Below, piece by piece: positions 31,301-49,222 of a DNA stretch of 64,000 nucleotides. The DNA is taken from the NCBI RefSeq assembly GCF_009914755.1, contig NC_060933.1. The stretch is one strand, 5' to 3'. The first letter of the stretch is position 1. Each line of letters starts with the position of its first letter. A program made the position numbers and the translations under genes. This stretch comes from the human T2T-CHM13v2.0 reference genome, Homo sapiens. The notes under the pieces are model-generated. The model was given only the letters and a program-made list of their open reading frames with translations. It searched no databases and had not been told where the DNA came from.

Positions 31301-32856
31301 TCATGAAGCCTCACCAGTGCTCTTCCCAGCCTTTCGTTTTTTCCTGCACAGCTCAAGTCCACATCTATCTTCTCAATGAAATTTCCCCCAGAACACTTCA
31401 GTGTATCCCTAGTCTGTATTTCCATCTCTTGTACTCAATTTGGCACTTAATTATGTGATTTCTAATACAAAGATTTAACAGCTTCAGATATAAATGTTTT
31501 GCCTTCCTCAGCGGAACTGTGGACTCCTATATCACCTAGGAAAATGATAAATGCTATCATGTAGGAAATTCTAAGTAGTTTCTTATTGAACCACAGTACA
31601 CTACATAGGAAAAGGTCTGATAGTACAAAAACTTTAGACATTCTAGGGAGAGTGCTTTGTTTGAGAAGCAATGACACGTGGAGCTGCCCTGTGGAAGAGT
31701 TAACTTTAACTTCATGTAATTGACCGCAGCAGTATGGTTCTCAGGTAACATTGGTACCAAAATAAAAGATCAACTATCATTAACTATTTTCCTTTCTGAT
31801 TTTTCTGTTAGCAAATTAATTAAGCTTGTTTCAATCTTTTGAAAGATCAAAATGTTGACTAAGGTCTTAAAATTCTAGTTAATTATTTCTCATCATGACC
31901 AAAAGCACTTACTAGGTTCACGGAATGTGCTCTCCTGGGCAAGCTTCATATCAAAGAAAATGCCTTTTAATACCCTTTAATCAGTGAGGTGAGAAAGTTT
32001 TAGTGAAAGAGATGGAAATACAGAATTAATGTAAAATTGTAAAACTTGACAATCTGAAAGCAGGAGGACAGTTTCTACTGGGTATGAATTTGGGGAATGT
32101 ACAAAGGTGGGAGTGGGACAAAAATCCAGTGAAGGAAATGTTCAGGAAAACCATTTAGAAAAGCTAAAAAAGCAAAAATGAGAATAAGAAACGTTAATAA
32201 AAATGAGAGAACGGCTTTGAAGGACTTGGGATGTGGTCTTAATTCTATGATCAATGGGAAACAACTATTAGGATTAAAAAACAAATTCAAGCAGGCAAGT
32301 GACAAACACGTTTGTAAATGGTTTTCTGCTCTGCCTTGTGATATTTAGAAGTTATCACTGGTAATTTGACAGATACGTATTTTTCATCTTCAGAATGGTA
32401 AACTGCTTTCAAGAACTACTGCTCTTCAGTTAATGACCTAAGAACAAAAAACAAACAAACAAAAAAAGTGCTATTGCTAAAAAAAAAAAAAAAAATCCTT
32501 AATTAATGTGCAAAGAGTTATGCGGCAGCAATGATTATCAAGGCACAAATTTATTTAACAACTTTTAAGAGTCCAAAAGGTGACACGATTTGATCTAAAG
32601 CAACTATAAAGTAAATTACAACTTACAACTTCCATTTTAATTTTCATTTTAAACGATGGGTTCATTACCATGGAAAAGAATATTTTAAAATCAGGAGGCC
32701 ACATCTTTAGATGTGAGTCATCCTATTACACTCTTACACTTGAGAAACCCCAGCCACAGGAGTTTCCTCAGGAGAAAGACGATTCTGAGAACCAAATCTA
32801 AAAAGTTAAAAGTCGAACTTTGGAATAAAATTCCTCTTTAAGGAAAAAAAAAAAAA

Positions 32857-33166
<310 letters not shown>

Positions 33167-34572
33167 TTATATACAGTGGAAGGAAAACATGCACCAGCTT
33201 TTCTTCCCCTTCAATGTTCATATATACACATTTCCAATTCTCCAACATAGAGAATTCGGCAACATTAATGTAGTACGATAAGATATTTCTAAATAAAAAT
33301 AGCACAGTTGGTAATCAGAATAAAACCATGGTTTTCCAATAATAAAATATATTTCCATTTAGATAAAGATCATTTTTGCAGCTACTATTATACTCCTTTA
33401 CAGCCAGAATAATATGGTTTTTATCTGGAGGGTATTGGTCAGGGAAAATACATTTTGTTTGTAAAGCATATATTTTCCAATACTATTGTAATATCTGTTT
33501 TTTTTAAAAGGGGCCTTTAAGTATAATTGTATTTCTCTATCTTTGCTTTTCCTTTTTATCCTATAGGATGCATTCTTGAAATCAGATAATCTTATAAACT
33601 GTATCTTAATAACTGTGATTCTTTGACACCCTAAGTTCTGTTGAATGTTATATACAACATCACAGTGACTTAAAGTGTTTGTTGGGTTAAACCTAAAATA
33701 ATGCAAACTTCACCAAGGAAGAGTTGGAACTTTTTCACCCCTACAAGGCCCTCTTTGGATACATTCTTTCCAAAGCAGAAGGAATGACAATGAATTTAAA
33801 TTCTGTCATTAAATTTCTGACCACCTATATCAGAGAAGCTTGAAATAAATTTCAGATAAGATTATGCAATTTGAAATGCAGTCACCTAAATTCCCATGGT
33901 CTAATATTACGTTTATGCAGAACTCTTATGTTTACATCAGAAAAAGAAAAAGAAAAAGATGAAGAGTCTACATTATATATTCCAGAATATTGGGTACATG
34001 CAAACCTCTGAATACACATTAGAGATTTTTTAAGTTAGCAGAAACTGCTTTCAAATGTAGATCTGAACCTTGACTGACAAATATAATGGACTTTTTCCCA
34101 AGCCAAACTCTTACTCAAATATTTTGGATTGTCAACTGTAACAACCATGTACCCTCCTGGCAACTTTAACCAGTTTATCCAGTTTAGACCGTGCCATTTG
34201 CTCAGCAACAATGAATTGAGTCCCTAGCCTGTATCAGATGTTCACATCAGTGCTAGTAAGCTAATCAGCCCCATGATCTGCCCCATGATAAGCTTCACAT
34301 TACATCAATTTAATTATACAGTACTCGATATTCTCATGTAGTGTTAGTTACCCTTTATAAGTTCAAGGATCTCTCCTTTGAAAAGATATTTTTTAGGCCA
34401 GGGCAATGTTAATAGAAAAAAGCTCAGTTCTTATCCCGGCTGCATATTTGAGTAAGTAACAACTTTTTAAGTTTGTCTTCATCTATAAAATAGGATTAAT
34501 ACACTATTTTTCCCACAAGGTTGTTATAATGAATAAATGAGAAGCTGTGTGTACTTTGAATCTATAAATCAC

Positions 34573-34950
34573 TGATATGGTTTGGCTCTGTGTCCCCATC
34601 AAATCTCATGTTGAACTATAATTCCCAATGTTGGGGGAGGGACCTGGTGGGAGGTGATTGGATCATGGGGGTGGATTTCCCCCATGGTGTCCTCATGAGA
34701 GTGAATGAGTTCTCAGGAGATCTGATGGTTTAAAAGTGTATGTCACTTCCCCCAGCTCTCTCTTCTGCTCCACCAAGGTAAAACGTGCTTATTTCCCCTT
34801 TGCCTTCCACCACGATTGTAAGTTTCCTGAGGCTTCCCAGCCATGCTTCCTGTACAGCTTCTGGAACTGTGAGTCAATTAAACCCCTTTTCTTCATAAAT
34901 TACCCAGTCTCAGGTAGTTCTTTATGGCAGTGTAAGAACAGACTCATACA
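34573..34950 (+). mobile_element. MaLR solo LTR (MSTA-like)
   Basis: tgatatggtttggctctgtgtcccc...attaaacccctt...aacagactcataca; 5-bp TSD atcac/atctc. Confidence 0.9.
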
Positions 34951-35673
34951 ATCTCTATACTAATGCAAAATGAGAAATTTAAGAAAAGTCCTCATAAAAT
35001 ATAAGACACAGGTTATGAACAGGCAATCGATAAGTAACAATACAGTACATAAATATTGAAAAATATTCAATTTAATGAATAAGAGTAATGTAAACTTTAA
35101 AATGAAAATTCTTTTTCATCTATTAAAGAAAAAATATCAAAATTGATACTATTAATCAGTAAAATGAACAATGCCCATAATTTAGCCTTAAATAATTTTG
35201 ACTATACCCTTTGTCCCAATAGTGCTAAGTCAATATTTATCTTCTAAAAAAATCAATAAAATGTATTCTGAAAGATCTGCCTTCAAGAATCTTCATAACA
35301 GCATTAATTATATAAAAAATGACAACCTAATGGTACAAAATAGGAGACTAAGATAGTATAATTATATAATGAAATACAATGAAGCCATTAAAAATCATGA
35401 CTTAGAAAACTACTTAATGGGGAAATAAGTTGTTCTTGTTGATGCCCAGCACATGCCAGAGAATGTTCAAAGCACTAAGAACAAAGTGGAAAGTAAACCC
35501 ACAACCTCCTTGCTTTATGAAGTTCTAAGTAGAAATAAACTACATAGAAAACTGTATATTTTATGTGATCACAGTGATTATAGCTAAGTTACATTATGTA
35601 TTCAATATAGATTCAAATGAAGGACTGCAAGGGAATCTATAAAGTAAGCTATCTTTGGATAATTTAAAGATAG

Positions 35674-36010
<337 letters not shown>

Positions 36011-36346
36011 TATATTTTCTTTTCGTTTCCAGAAGTTGTTGATTTTTTTCTGAATATAGTTTATTCTTTTTCTTGAATATGATATGAAAATTTTAAAAAA
36101 TCCTGGCCTGGGTGTCAAAAGATCAGGTTCTCTGGATCAAAGCTAAGCGAGCTTGACCAAATTACTTAAACTTTCTGATCCTCAGTTTCTTCAGGTGAGA
36201 AATAAGGGAGTTGTTTTGGGTAACCACTAAAGTCCCTTCAGAAATTGAAACACTAAGTCAGAGTCCTGCTCAATGCCTCTCGGTTATCATTAATATCAAC
36301 TACATTACAGAATCATGTAAAAATAATTCTCGTTTGGGAGATTTTC

Positions 36347-36439
36347 ATTCATTCATTTTGCCACTCCTGGACTCAAGCAATCCACGCACCTCAGTCTCCT
36401 AAAGGGCTTAGATTACAGGTGTGAGCCACCATGCCTGGC
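36347..36439 (-). mobile_element. Short Alu monomer (FLAM-like)
   Basis: ctcctggactcaagcaatcc...gattacaggtgtgagccaccatgcctggc, flanked by ttggga(a)gattttc on both sides. Confidence 0.75.
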
Positions 36440-37096
36440 AGGTTGGGAAGATTTTCTGATCCTTACATTATGGTTGATGGGAGTTTTCTACACTTCCAGC
36501 AGCTAATTCTAAGTGTTTGGCTCTGTAATTAAAACATAATTGAGATATTTTGGTATTATACTCAAAGTTTACTTTGACATTCACTGGGATGATCTAGAGA
36601 GGGATTTTTGTTACTTATGTTCTTATTTAATTCTGTTACTGTTGAAACCCTCTTCTCTCATCAACTGGGTGGCAAAAGAGTTGCATGGGGGTAAAAGAGA
36701 AATCTTGGTTAATATACTTCTAATTGAGGAAGAAGTAGAATAGAAAGTATTTTTATTCTTTAATTTTTACATTTATTAATTTTAACTTTTTCAATTTTCA
36801 AAATTAAATTTTTTGAAATTATTTATTGCTAATACTTAAAACCAAGGACCTGCCATAGTTTACTATTACTGGTAAAGAGGTATAATCTACTGCCAAAATA
36901 TTAATACTGTACCAAAAGCAAACGGTTTGGTTCTATTTTTAAGTGTATGGCAATGTATTTTACTAGTTCTTTTTTTTTTTTTCAGAATCCAGAAATTTTA
37001 ATGACACAGAAAAAACAACTTTATAAAAATACATTCAAAGAAAGGTATTCTAATGCTTATTAGTAAAACCAAACACACATTTATTAAGAATCAATT

Positions 37097-37400
<304 letters not shown>

Positions 37401-39305
37401 CTATCATATGGCTAGTAACCTCTGCTTTCAAGGAACTTAGAGCTCTTTTAACTGAAACAAACACACGTGGGGTGGAAGGAAGATGAGGGAAGGTTAGATC
37501 AGAGTAGGCTAAGGTAGTTAGAGGACTCAGGCAACTGGAAAATCTCAGAGGTTGACCAGTGTTCATCTGAGCAGACTATTGGAGGAGGGCATGCAGATGA
37601 AGAACATGGTTTTGGCAGGCCCAGAGGACAGTAAATAAACCCATCTGTCAGGAGTAGTGTTTTAAATTAGGTAAAAGAGAAAATCGTGTGTTAAGTAGAC
37701 AGAATGAGATTAGATTTCAGAATCTAAAGCGAAGTTGAAGAACTTACCCTTGATGAGGTAGATGTCAAGAATTCATTGCATGTTCTAGAACAAATAATGA
37801 TATTCTGAAAGCAGTTTTGTAATAATATTAATACATACGGTGGTTAGAGAAGAGAGTAACCAAAGAATGGAAGATATGCTACTAAGCTGAGGTATTAAAG
37901 AATTGGATTTGAATAGTGGTAACTAGAATGGATGGGAAGGCAAAGCACTTGCTTGCCATTTCAAAGGACATCAGCCTCAGATTTCTAAGCCTATGTCAAA
38001 ATAAAGCTATGCTCAGATTTGACTACGGACTACTCAATAATTTATCCAGCTGAGCAGCCTTCAGGCAGAGACAAAAATTGAAATTCTAAAAGTTCATATT
38101 ATCCCCTCAAATCACTCTCATGAGTTACTGGGGAGAGACAGTTCTAAAAAGGCATACCATGTATTATCAGTGTGTAATCCGTAAATTGATGGCTGGTTTT
38201 TGTATCAGAAGTGTTTCTGCCAACTTTCAGCCAGCGAGGTTGAAATGAAGAAAAAAATGAACATTCAAACAAACTGTCGTCAATTACTCATCGCAAATTA
38301 GAAGCAGCATGCAAGTCTACACAGCCTGGCACTTTGCTGCTTACTTTTGCCAAAATAAATTGAAATCCAAAGCTATTTAAATATCGAGTTCACTTGTATG
38401 TGTCTAGACAATTTAATGAACAAACATGAAAAGGTGGTACAAAATCTTGCCTCTTTAGTAGTCAACGAAGAATTATAGTACACAAGATAATCAGAAATCA
38501 GAAAAGAGGTGTCTAAATTTGATCATTTTCTATCACGTGGTTTGCCAGAAGTCTCCTCGAGATAAATTCTTCTTTGGGTTTTGGTAACCCTTATCTTTAG
38601 TCTCCTCCCTACTCAGCTAAGTTGAAGATGCACAAAGGTCTTGTCATGCATATATCAAAGGTCTGTAGCATTTCTCCTGTGTATTTTGATAATCCATTAA
38701 CAGGCATTTCCAAAGCCTACAACTAATCAGCATCCCATTCCCAAACACTTTCTTTCCTACATCACTAAATTTAAAATTGTACTTAACTGAGTGATCCTAT
38801 TTCTAAGAAATAAAAAAACTGTTTATATTGCATCATTTCATTTCAATGACCTCTGAGAGTTGTACTCCTTGGTAGGGAAAATAATTATTTTAAAGCAAAC
38901 ATGAAGTAGTATATGCTTATTTTGTGTTATCTGTGAGACAGGGAGGCCATGCCTTTCCCAGCTATGATCCATGCTGATTGGGCCTCAATTTGAACCTTAC
39001 ACTAATCTTATCAGTGTAGGTCAGATTTTTTTTTAACAGCAATTGAATCAGAGCCAGTGCACAGCATCCTGTTAATGAAATTCATCCATTCACTCAAAAA
39101 ACATTAATGAACCATTTCTACCCTTGCAAAAGTTATAAAGAGATGACAAAGACAAGATACAATCCTTGTTCTCAAAGTTCTTCATCTTATGAAAGATATA
39201 AATAATTTCCTGCATGTAAAGTGTTCAGTAGGAGGTAATGAGTGGATAAAGGCTCACCTAGAATGGCTCCCAACTCAGACTGGGAACTTTGAAAGAACTT
39301 TCTAG

Positions 39306-39529
39306 GAAAGAGGTTGGCAAACTATGCCTGCAGGCCAAATCCAGCTGGACATTTGTTTTTATAATTAAAGTTTTATTGGAACACAGAATAATTAGTCCTT
39401 TAACAACTGTCTATGGCTGCTTTCATGCTACAATGGCAGCATTTAGCAATTGTAACAGATACCATATGGACCTCAAAGCCTAAAATAGTTACCTTCTGGC
39501 TCTTTGCAGGAAAACTTTGCCAACTCCTG
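39306..39529 (+). mobile_element. MER58A-like hAT MITE
   Basis: gaggttggcaaactatg...ttttattggaacacag...tttgccaactcctg with terminal inverted repeats. Confidence 0.85.
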
Positions 39530-39689
39530 TTCTAGAGAAAGAAGCAACGGAAGATTTAGAAACTGAGTTTGTCCACTCCAGGTAAGAAAGTATGTATAAA
39601 GACAGCAAAGCAAGAAATGCAAAAGGAATATACTTGTTTCTGGAAACTGTATGACTCAAGGGTGTTAGGTCATTTTAAAAAGATAATAA

Positions 39690-41340
39690 TGATGATCATT
39701 TTTAAAATGTTTGCTATATGCCAGGTTCTATTATGCTAACTATCTCACATTTTCGTTGATGCTTCACCACAACCCTGTGAAATAAAGCTATAATCTTTGC
39801 TTGATGAATGAGCAAACAAAAAACGTATATGCATAAAGAATTAAAGTGAAGTCATAAAGCTAATAAATGACGGAGGGGGCGATCTGAACCCAGACAGTGT
39901 GACTCCTATGCTCTATACCACTTGTAAGGCAAATATAAAATAGTTCTCATTGTCAGTCTTCAGGAGACACCATCAAAAGAGCTAAGACCCATGGAACCTC
40001 AGAGACTGCTGCAAGATAAACAACATGGGCATCTTAAAAGGAGAATTAAGAATCCACAGGAATCAAACTTAAATTCAGAGGATGTGGACAAGTTGGTGCT
40101 TTCTAATGATCAATTAAGAATATTTCTCTTTCCAAAATCCTAAAACACAGAATATATTAAATTGATATACTGAGGCAGAGTAAGCTAGAAAATAGCAGGG
40201 TTTTTGAATTAGAAATGTCCAGTGTTTGTTCTATTAAAGAAACCTCTTACAAGCTTAGCAGGTTACAGAGGAAACGAGTCACTCAGCGCCTGGCCATCTT
40301 TATAAAACAAGGGCTGTAATACATACATCCCAAGGTGATTGCAAGAATGATAAAAATGTCTATGTCCTTGGCATCGTGCCTAAATAAGTAGCAGCTCAAT
40401 AATACTAGTTATTGTTACTGACTTTTTAAGAAGAAATCAGTGTCCAACACATAAGAGATATAAATGATGAATAATTGCTTGTTACATTAATAGGTTTTCG
40501 TTAGGCAATAAGTTTGTTTAATATCAACCTTAATCAGATGCATTTCCACCTGAACAACATAGTATAACATGGGAATCTTTTTAGGATTTGAAATTATACC
40601 AGATGCCTTCCTCTAACTTATTCATCTCTCTTTTTTCTATAATTCAGTTACTCATCAAGTTCTTTCAAATCTGCCTTATAAAATCTTAAGTCTCTCCTTC
40701 CTCTTATCTCTATGTCTTATGTCAGACAGACCCTGGCCATCTCTCGGCTGGACTAATGCTATCACCTTCTGATTGCTTTTGTTGCCTTGCTGGCTCTGGT
40801 CTTTTCCTCTCCACCAACCCATTCTTAAAACTAGCTGGAGGTATTTCAAGATAATGTCACTGGTCTGCTTACATCATCCAATGGCTCCCCATTGCATAGA
40901 GAATAAAGCCTGGACTTCATGCAAAACAAAAGACCCATGCCTTCCTAGACTCCCTCTAACTTCTATGCCCTAATTTCTTCTGCTTTGTCACAAACCAGGT
41001 CCTTTTGTACCTCTACAGCTTTGCACAAGCCATTGTCCCTGCCTGTTATACTTCTGTCTCATTCAACACCTAGAAAATATCTCTAGATCTAAACCAAATA
41101 TCCAGTATGCATTGTAAGGTCCTCTTCAACTTATCCAGGAAGCATTGGTCCATGACCCCTTCGGCTCCTGCAGTACTTTATACATAGCTACATTTTGATA
41201 TTTCTACATTGTGCTATAATTAACATGTATGTTAAGTGGATACCTCTAAGGCATGGATTCTATCTCATTTTACTTCACATTCCAACACCTTGTATATTTC
41301 TTGCCTCATACGAATTATCAGTAAATATTTGCCAACTGGT
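39690..41340. mobile_element. MIR (39690-39920, 40220-40410) and L2 (40600-41340) fragments
   Basis: MIR core and tail (tgaacccagacagtgtgactcc; tgcctaaataagtagcagctcaataat) and pyrimidine-rich L2 3' text. Confidence 0.55.
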
Positions 41341-42173
41341 AAGTAAAATGATAATTATTCCTTGTCTGTCTTCATCGAGTGTAACATATAAAAACAACTT
41401 TATTCTATTAAATTTTGCACTTGCTTACTTACTATATGCATGGCCTTATCCTATACATACAGCAAAGTGCAAAATGCACAAATTTTTTTTAAAAAAATCT
41501 TCCTTTTAGGAATTTAAAAAATGGTACAAATAATCATTAGACATTGGGTTTAGATTTGGAAGAGACATAAACCAGCTAAACATATCCTCCTCCTACTCCA
41601 GAAGATATTTTTAATACCAGCAGATAATTGCTAGGTTTTATTCTCATATAAACAAAATCTTAACCTGAAATTTGATTCATACACATGATTTTTTCCTTTT
41701 CTTCAATATTATACAAACAGATGTGTCTCTTCCTTTAGGAATGTGAAAAAAACAAAAGTAAGCTTAAACCACTCTTGAAGCTCAGAGAGTCCTGTTGAAA
41801 CTCTGTTTGCTTTTTACATATTGAGATCTAATTCTAATTGTTTTGTAATAAAATGTCATTTTATGAATTTTATTTTCTCCTGATGGTTCTTCTCCTTTCG
41901 TGCTTATAAAATTATCAACTCTATTTGTCCTTATTCCCTGTACCAGGGCTTCCTCAAAGAGCAGTAATATTTGGCAGATTACAACTAATACATATTCCAG
42001 ATGAAAATATTTTTAAAGGATGCCAAAGGCTAAGAAAGCATCTATGTATCTATTCTTTATTGCTTCACATCTAAGTGCAGAAATATTCAGAAGTAATAGA
42101 ATAAAAACAAGAAAGATAAAGCTTTCCATCATTTAATATCGCGTTATCTTTTTTCAAACAATAAAAAATTGGT

Positions 42174-42315
42174 GGCTGGGCACGGTGGCTCACACCTGTA
42201 ATCCCAGCACTTCAGGAGGCCAAGGCAGGCAGATCACGAGGTCAAGAGATCGAGACCATCCTGGCTAACATGGTGAAACCCTGTTTCTACTAAAAATACA
42301 ACAACAACACAAAAG
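42174..42315 (+). mobile_element. AluSc left arm only (3'-truncated)
   Basis: ggctgggcacggtggctcac...gtcaagagatcgagacc...tactaaaaataca, then (CAA)n and no right arm. Confidence 0.9.
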
Positions 42316-43494
42316 TAAACAGCTCCCTTTATGAAAAGATCCAAGCCTATCTATTTTGCTTACCATGTTATTACTGGAGAGTTGCACGATGCCTATGCTA
42401 AAGTGCTTAATATTTGTCAAATGAAAGAGTCAATAAAGAAATGAATGAAGAACAATGCAAAAGGAACACGGCAGAGTCTCTGTCAATACAAATATACTCT
42501 ATAGAAAAATAAACATAATTAGAACTTAACTAAAATTGTCCTCAAGGAATAAAAGGACAGAAAGCTATGTTAGGAAGGAAAAACTTCCAAGTGGAGAGTC
42601 TGGAAGTTAACTTAGATAAGTGTTGCCAATCTCAGTATTTAGCTAAGGCCCACCTTCCTTTGTAAGAAACTGTTTACATCAGTGTACCAGGAGAAAAACA
42701 CACCCCATCCACACACACATATGCAGTGACAACAAATGCACCTTTTTTTAAATAGAGAAAATAGAAATTCTGTTTACGGAAAAAGCAGTGTGACTAAAAC
42801 TTCTCCATAGATTAAGAGTGACTAGAAATCAACCCAAAGGCATCTATTTTGTTCAATCATCCTTGTTATAATAATGTCATTTGCATCAGTGCCTTTAAGA
42901 ACCATAACAAGCAGTTTCCATTGGATTAGGAGACTCTGGGGTATTGAGTCCTCTTAGAAAGTGGAAGTGACAGTATTGCTCGAGGGATCAAGGATTGAAC
43001 TCAAAGACAGGAAAAGGATCTGCAACCAGAACTCAGAGTTTAAGGGTACACGTTTAGAGCAGTGATCAGGCTTAATATGGGGAATTCAGGGGCCAGTATC
43101 AGGGCTGCAAAGAAGCTCTGATCCACACTGAAGGAAAAACTTATGTTGAGGACATTCATTAAACATGGCCTACTTATTAAGTTGGATGGGGAATGTGGCT
43201 TAAATTCACCAAATTGGCTATTTTCTCCTAGATGGTTTTATGTTTCCTATCTAGCTCAGAATCGGAAAAATCAATAACTTGACTTTTGTTCCAAGATGGC
43301 CGAATAGGAACAGCTCCAGTCTACAGCTCCCAGCATGAGCGACACAGAAGACAGGTAATTTCTACATTTCCAACTGAGGTACCAGGTTCATCTCATTAGG
43401 ACTGGTTGGACAGTGGGTGCAGCCCATGAAGTGTGAGCTGAAGCACAGTGGGGCATCATCTCACCCGGGAAGTACAAGGGGTTGGGGAATTCCC

Positions 43495-43719
43495 TTACCT
43501 AGCCAAGGGAAGCCATGACAGCTGGTACCTGGAAAACCAGGATATTCCCACCCTAATACTGCACTTTTCCAATGGTCTTAGCAAACAGCACACCAGGAGA
43601 TTATATCCTGTGGATGGCTTGGTGGGTCCAATGCCCACGGGGCCTTGCTCACTGCTAGCACAGCAGTCTGAGATCAAAATGTGAGTCAGCAGTGAGGCTG
43701 GGGGATGGGCATCTGCCAT
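43495..43719 (-). CDS. ORF0: L1 antisense ORF0 homologue, uninterrupted, 74 aa
   Basis: MADAHPPASLLTHILISDCCASSEQGPVGIGP...RVGISWFSR is colinear with L1HS ORF0 (MAGAPPPASLPPCSLISDCCASNQRDSVGVGP...RVGVTRFSR); true ATG in context gtaATGG. Expression not shown. Confidence 0.65.
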   Translation of the reverse strand: MADAHPPASLLTHILISDCCASSEQGPVGIGPTKPSTGYNLLVCCLLRPLEKCSIRVGISWFSRYQLSWLPLAR

Positions 43720-44317
43720 TACTGAGGCTTGACTAGGTAAACAAAGCAGCCAGGAAGCTCAAAATGGGTGGAGCCCACTGCAGCTCAATGACACCTGCCT
43801 GCCTCTGTAGACTCCACCTCTGGGGGCAGGGCATAGCTGAACAAAAGGCAGCAGAAACTTCTGCAGACTTAAACGTCCCTGTCTGACATGTTTAAGAGAG
43901 CAGTGGTTCTCCCAGCATGGTGGTTGAGCTCTGACTATGGACAGAGTGCCTCCTCAAGTAGGTCACTGACCCACAAGTAGCCTGACTGGGAGACACCTCC
44001 CAATAGGGGCCAACTGACACCTCATACAGCCGGGTGCCCCTCTGAGACAAAGCTTCTAGAGGAAGATCAGGCAGCAACATTTGCTGTTCTGCAGTATTTG
44101 CTGTTCTGCAGCCTCCGCTGGTGATACCCAGGCAAATAGGGCCCGGAGTGGACCTCCAGCAAATTCCAACAGACCTGCAGATAATGGTCCTGACTGTTAG
44201 AAGGAAAACTAACAAACAGAAAGGAATAGCATCAACAACAACAAAAAGGACATCCACACCAAAACCCCATCTGTAGGTTACCATTGTCAAAGACCAAAGG
44301 TAGATAAAACCACAAAG

Positions 44318-45347
44318 ATGGGGAGAAACCAGAGCAGAAAAGTTGAAAATTCTAAAAACCAGAGCACCTCTTCTCCTCCAAAGGATCGCAGCTCCTCGCC
44401 AAAAACAGAACAAAGCAGGATGGAGAACGACTTTGACAAGTTGACAGAAGGCGCCTTCAGAAGAACGTTAATAACGAACTTCTCTGAGCTAAGGGAGGAT
44501 GTTTGAACCCATCGCAAGAAAGCTAAAAACCTTGAAAAAAGATTAGACGAATGGCTAACAAGAATAGAGAGCATAGAGAAGACCTTAAATGACCTGATGG
44601 AGCTGAAAACCATGGCACGAGAACTACGTGATGCATGCACAAGCTTCAGTAGCCGATTCAATCAAGTGGAAAAAAGGGTATCAGTGATTGAAGATCAAAT
44701 GAATGAAATGAAGTGAGAAGAGAAATTTAGAGGAAAAAGAGTAAAAAGAAATGAACAAAGCCTCCAAGAAACATGGGACTATGTGAAAAGACCAAATCTA
44801 CGTTTGATTGGTGTACCTGAAAGGGACGGGGAGAATGGAACCAAGTTGGAAAACACTCTGCAGGATATCATCCAGGAGAACTTCCCCAACCTAGCAAGGC
44901 AGGCCAACATTCAAATTCAGGAAATACAGAGAATGCCACAAAGATACTCCTCGAGGAGAGCAACCCCAAGACATGTAATTGTCAGATTCACCAAGGTTGA
45001 AATGAAGGAAAAAAGTTTAAGGGCAGCCAGAGAGAAAGGTCGGGTTACCCACAAAGGGAAGCCCATCGGACTAGCAGCTGATCTCTCAGCAGAAACTCTA
45101 CAAGCCAAAAAAGAGTGGGGGCCAATATTCAATATTCATAAAGAAAATAATTTTCAACCCAGAATTTCATATCCAGCCAAACTAAGTAAGCTTCATAAGT
45201 GAAGGAGATATGAAATCCTTTACAGACAAAAAAATGCTGAGCGATTTTGTCACCACCAGGCATGCCCTATAAGAGCTCTTGAAGGAAGCACTAAACATGG
45301 AAAGGAACAACTGGTACCAGCCACTGCAAAAACATGACAAATTGTAA
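44318..45347 (+). pseudogene. L1 ORF1p, disrupted
   Basis: MGRNQSRK...; TGA at 44504 and another near 44714; taag duplication frameshift near 45185; RPNLRLIGVPE motif. Confidence 0.9.
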
Positions 45348-45410
45348 AGACCATCGATGCTAGGAAGACACTGCATCAACTACCGAGCAAAATAACCAGC
45401 TTACATCATC

Positions 45411-49222
<3,812 letters not shown>

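Noticed and set aside
33783-33810. Imperfect palindrome aatgaca-at-gaattt/aaattc-tgtcatt as a miRNA or ncRNA hairpin
   Set aside because: Too short and AT-rich for a pre-miRNA.
43892-44661. 173-aa and 124-aa antisense ORFs
   Set aside because: Routine antisense frames of the L1 5'UTR/ORF1; no evidence they are genes.
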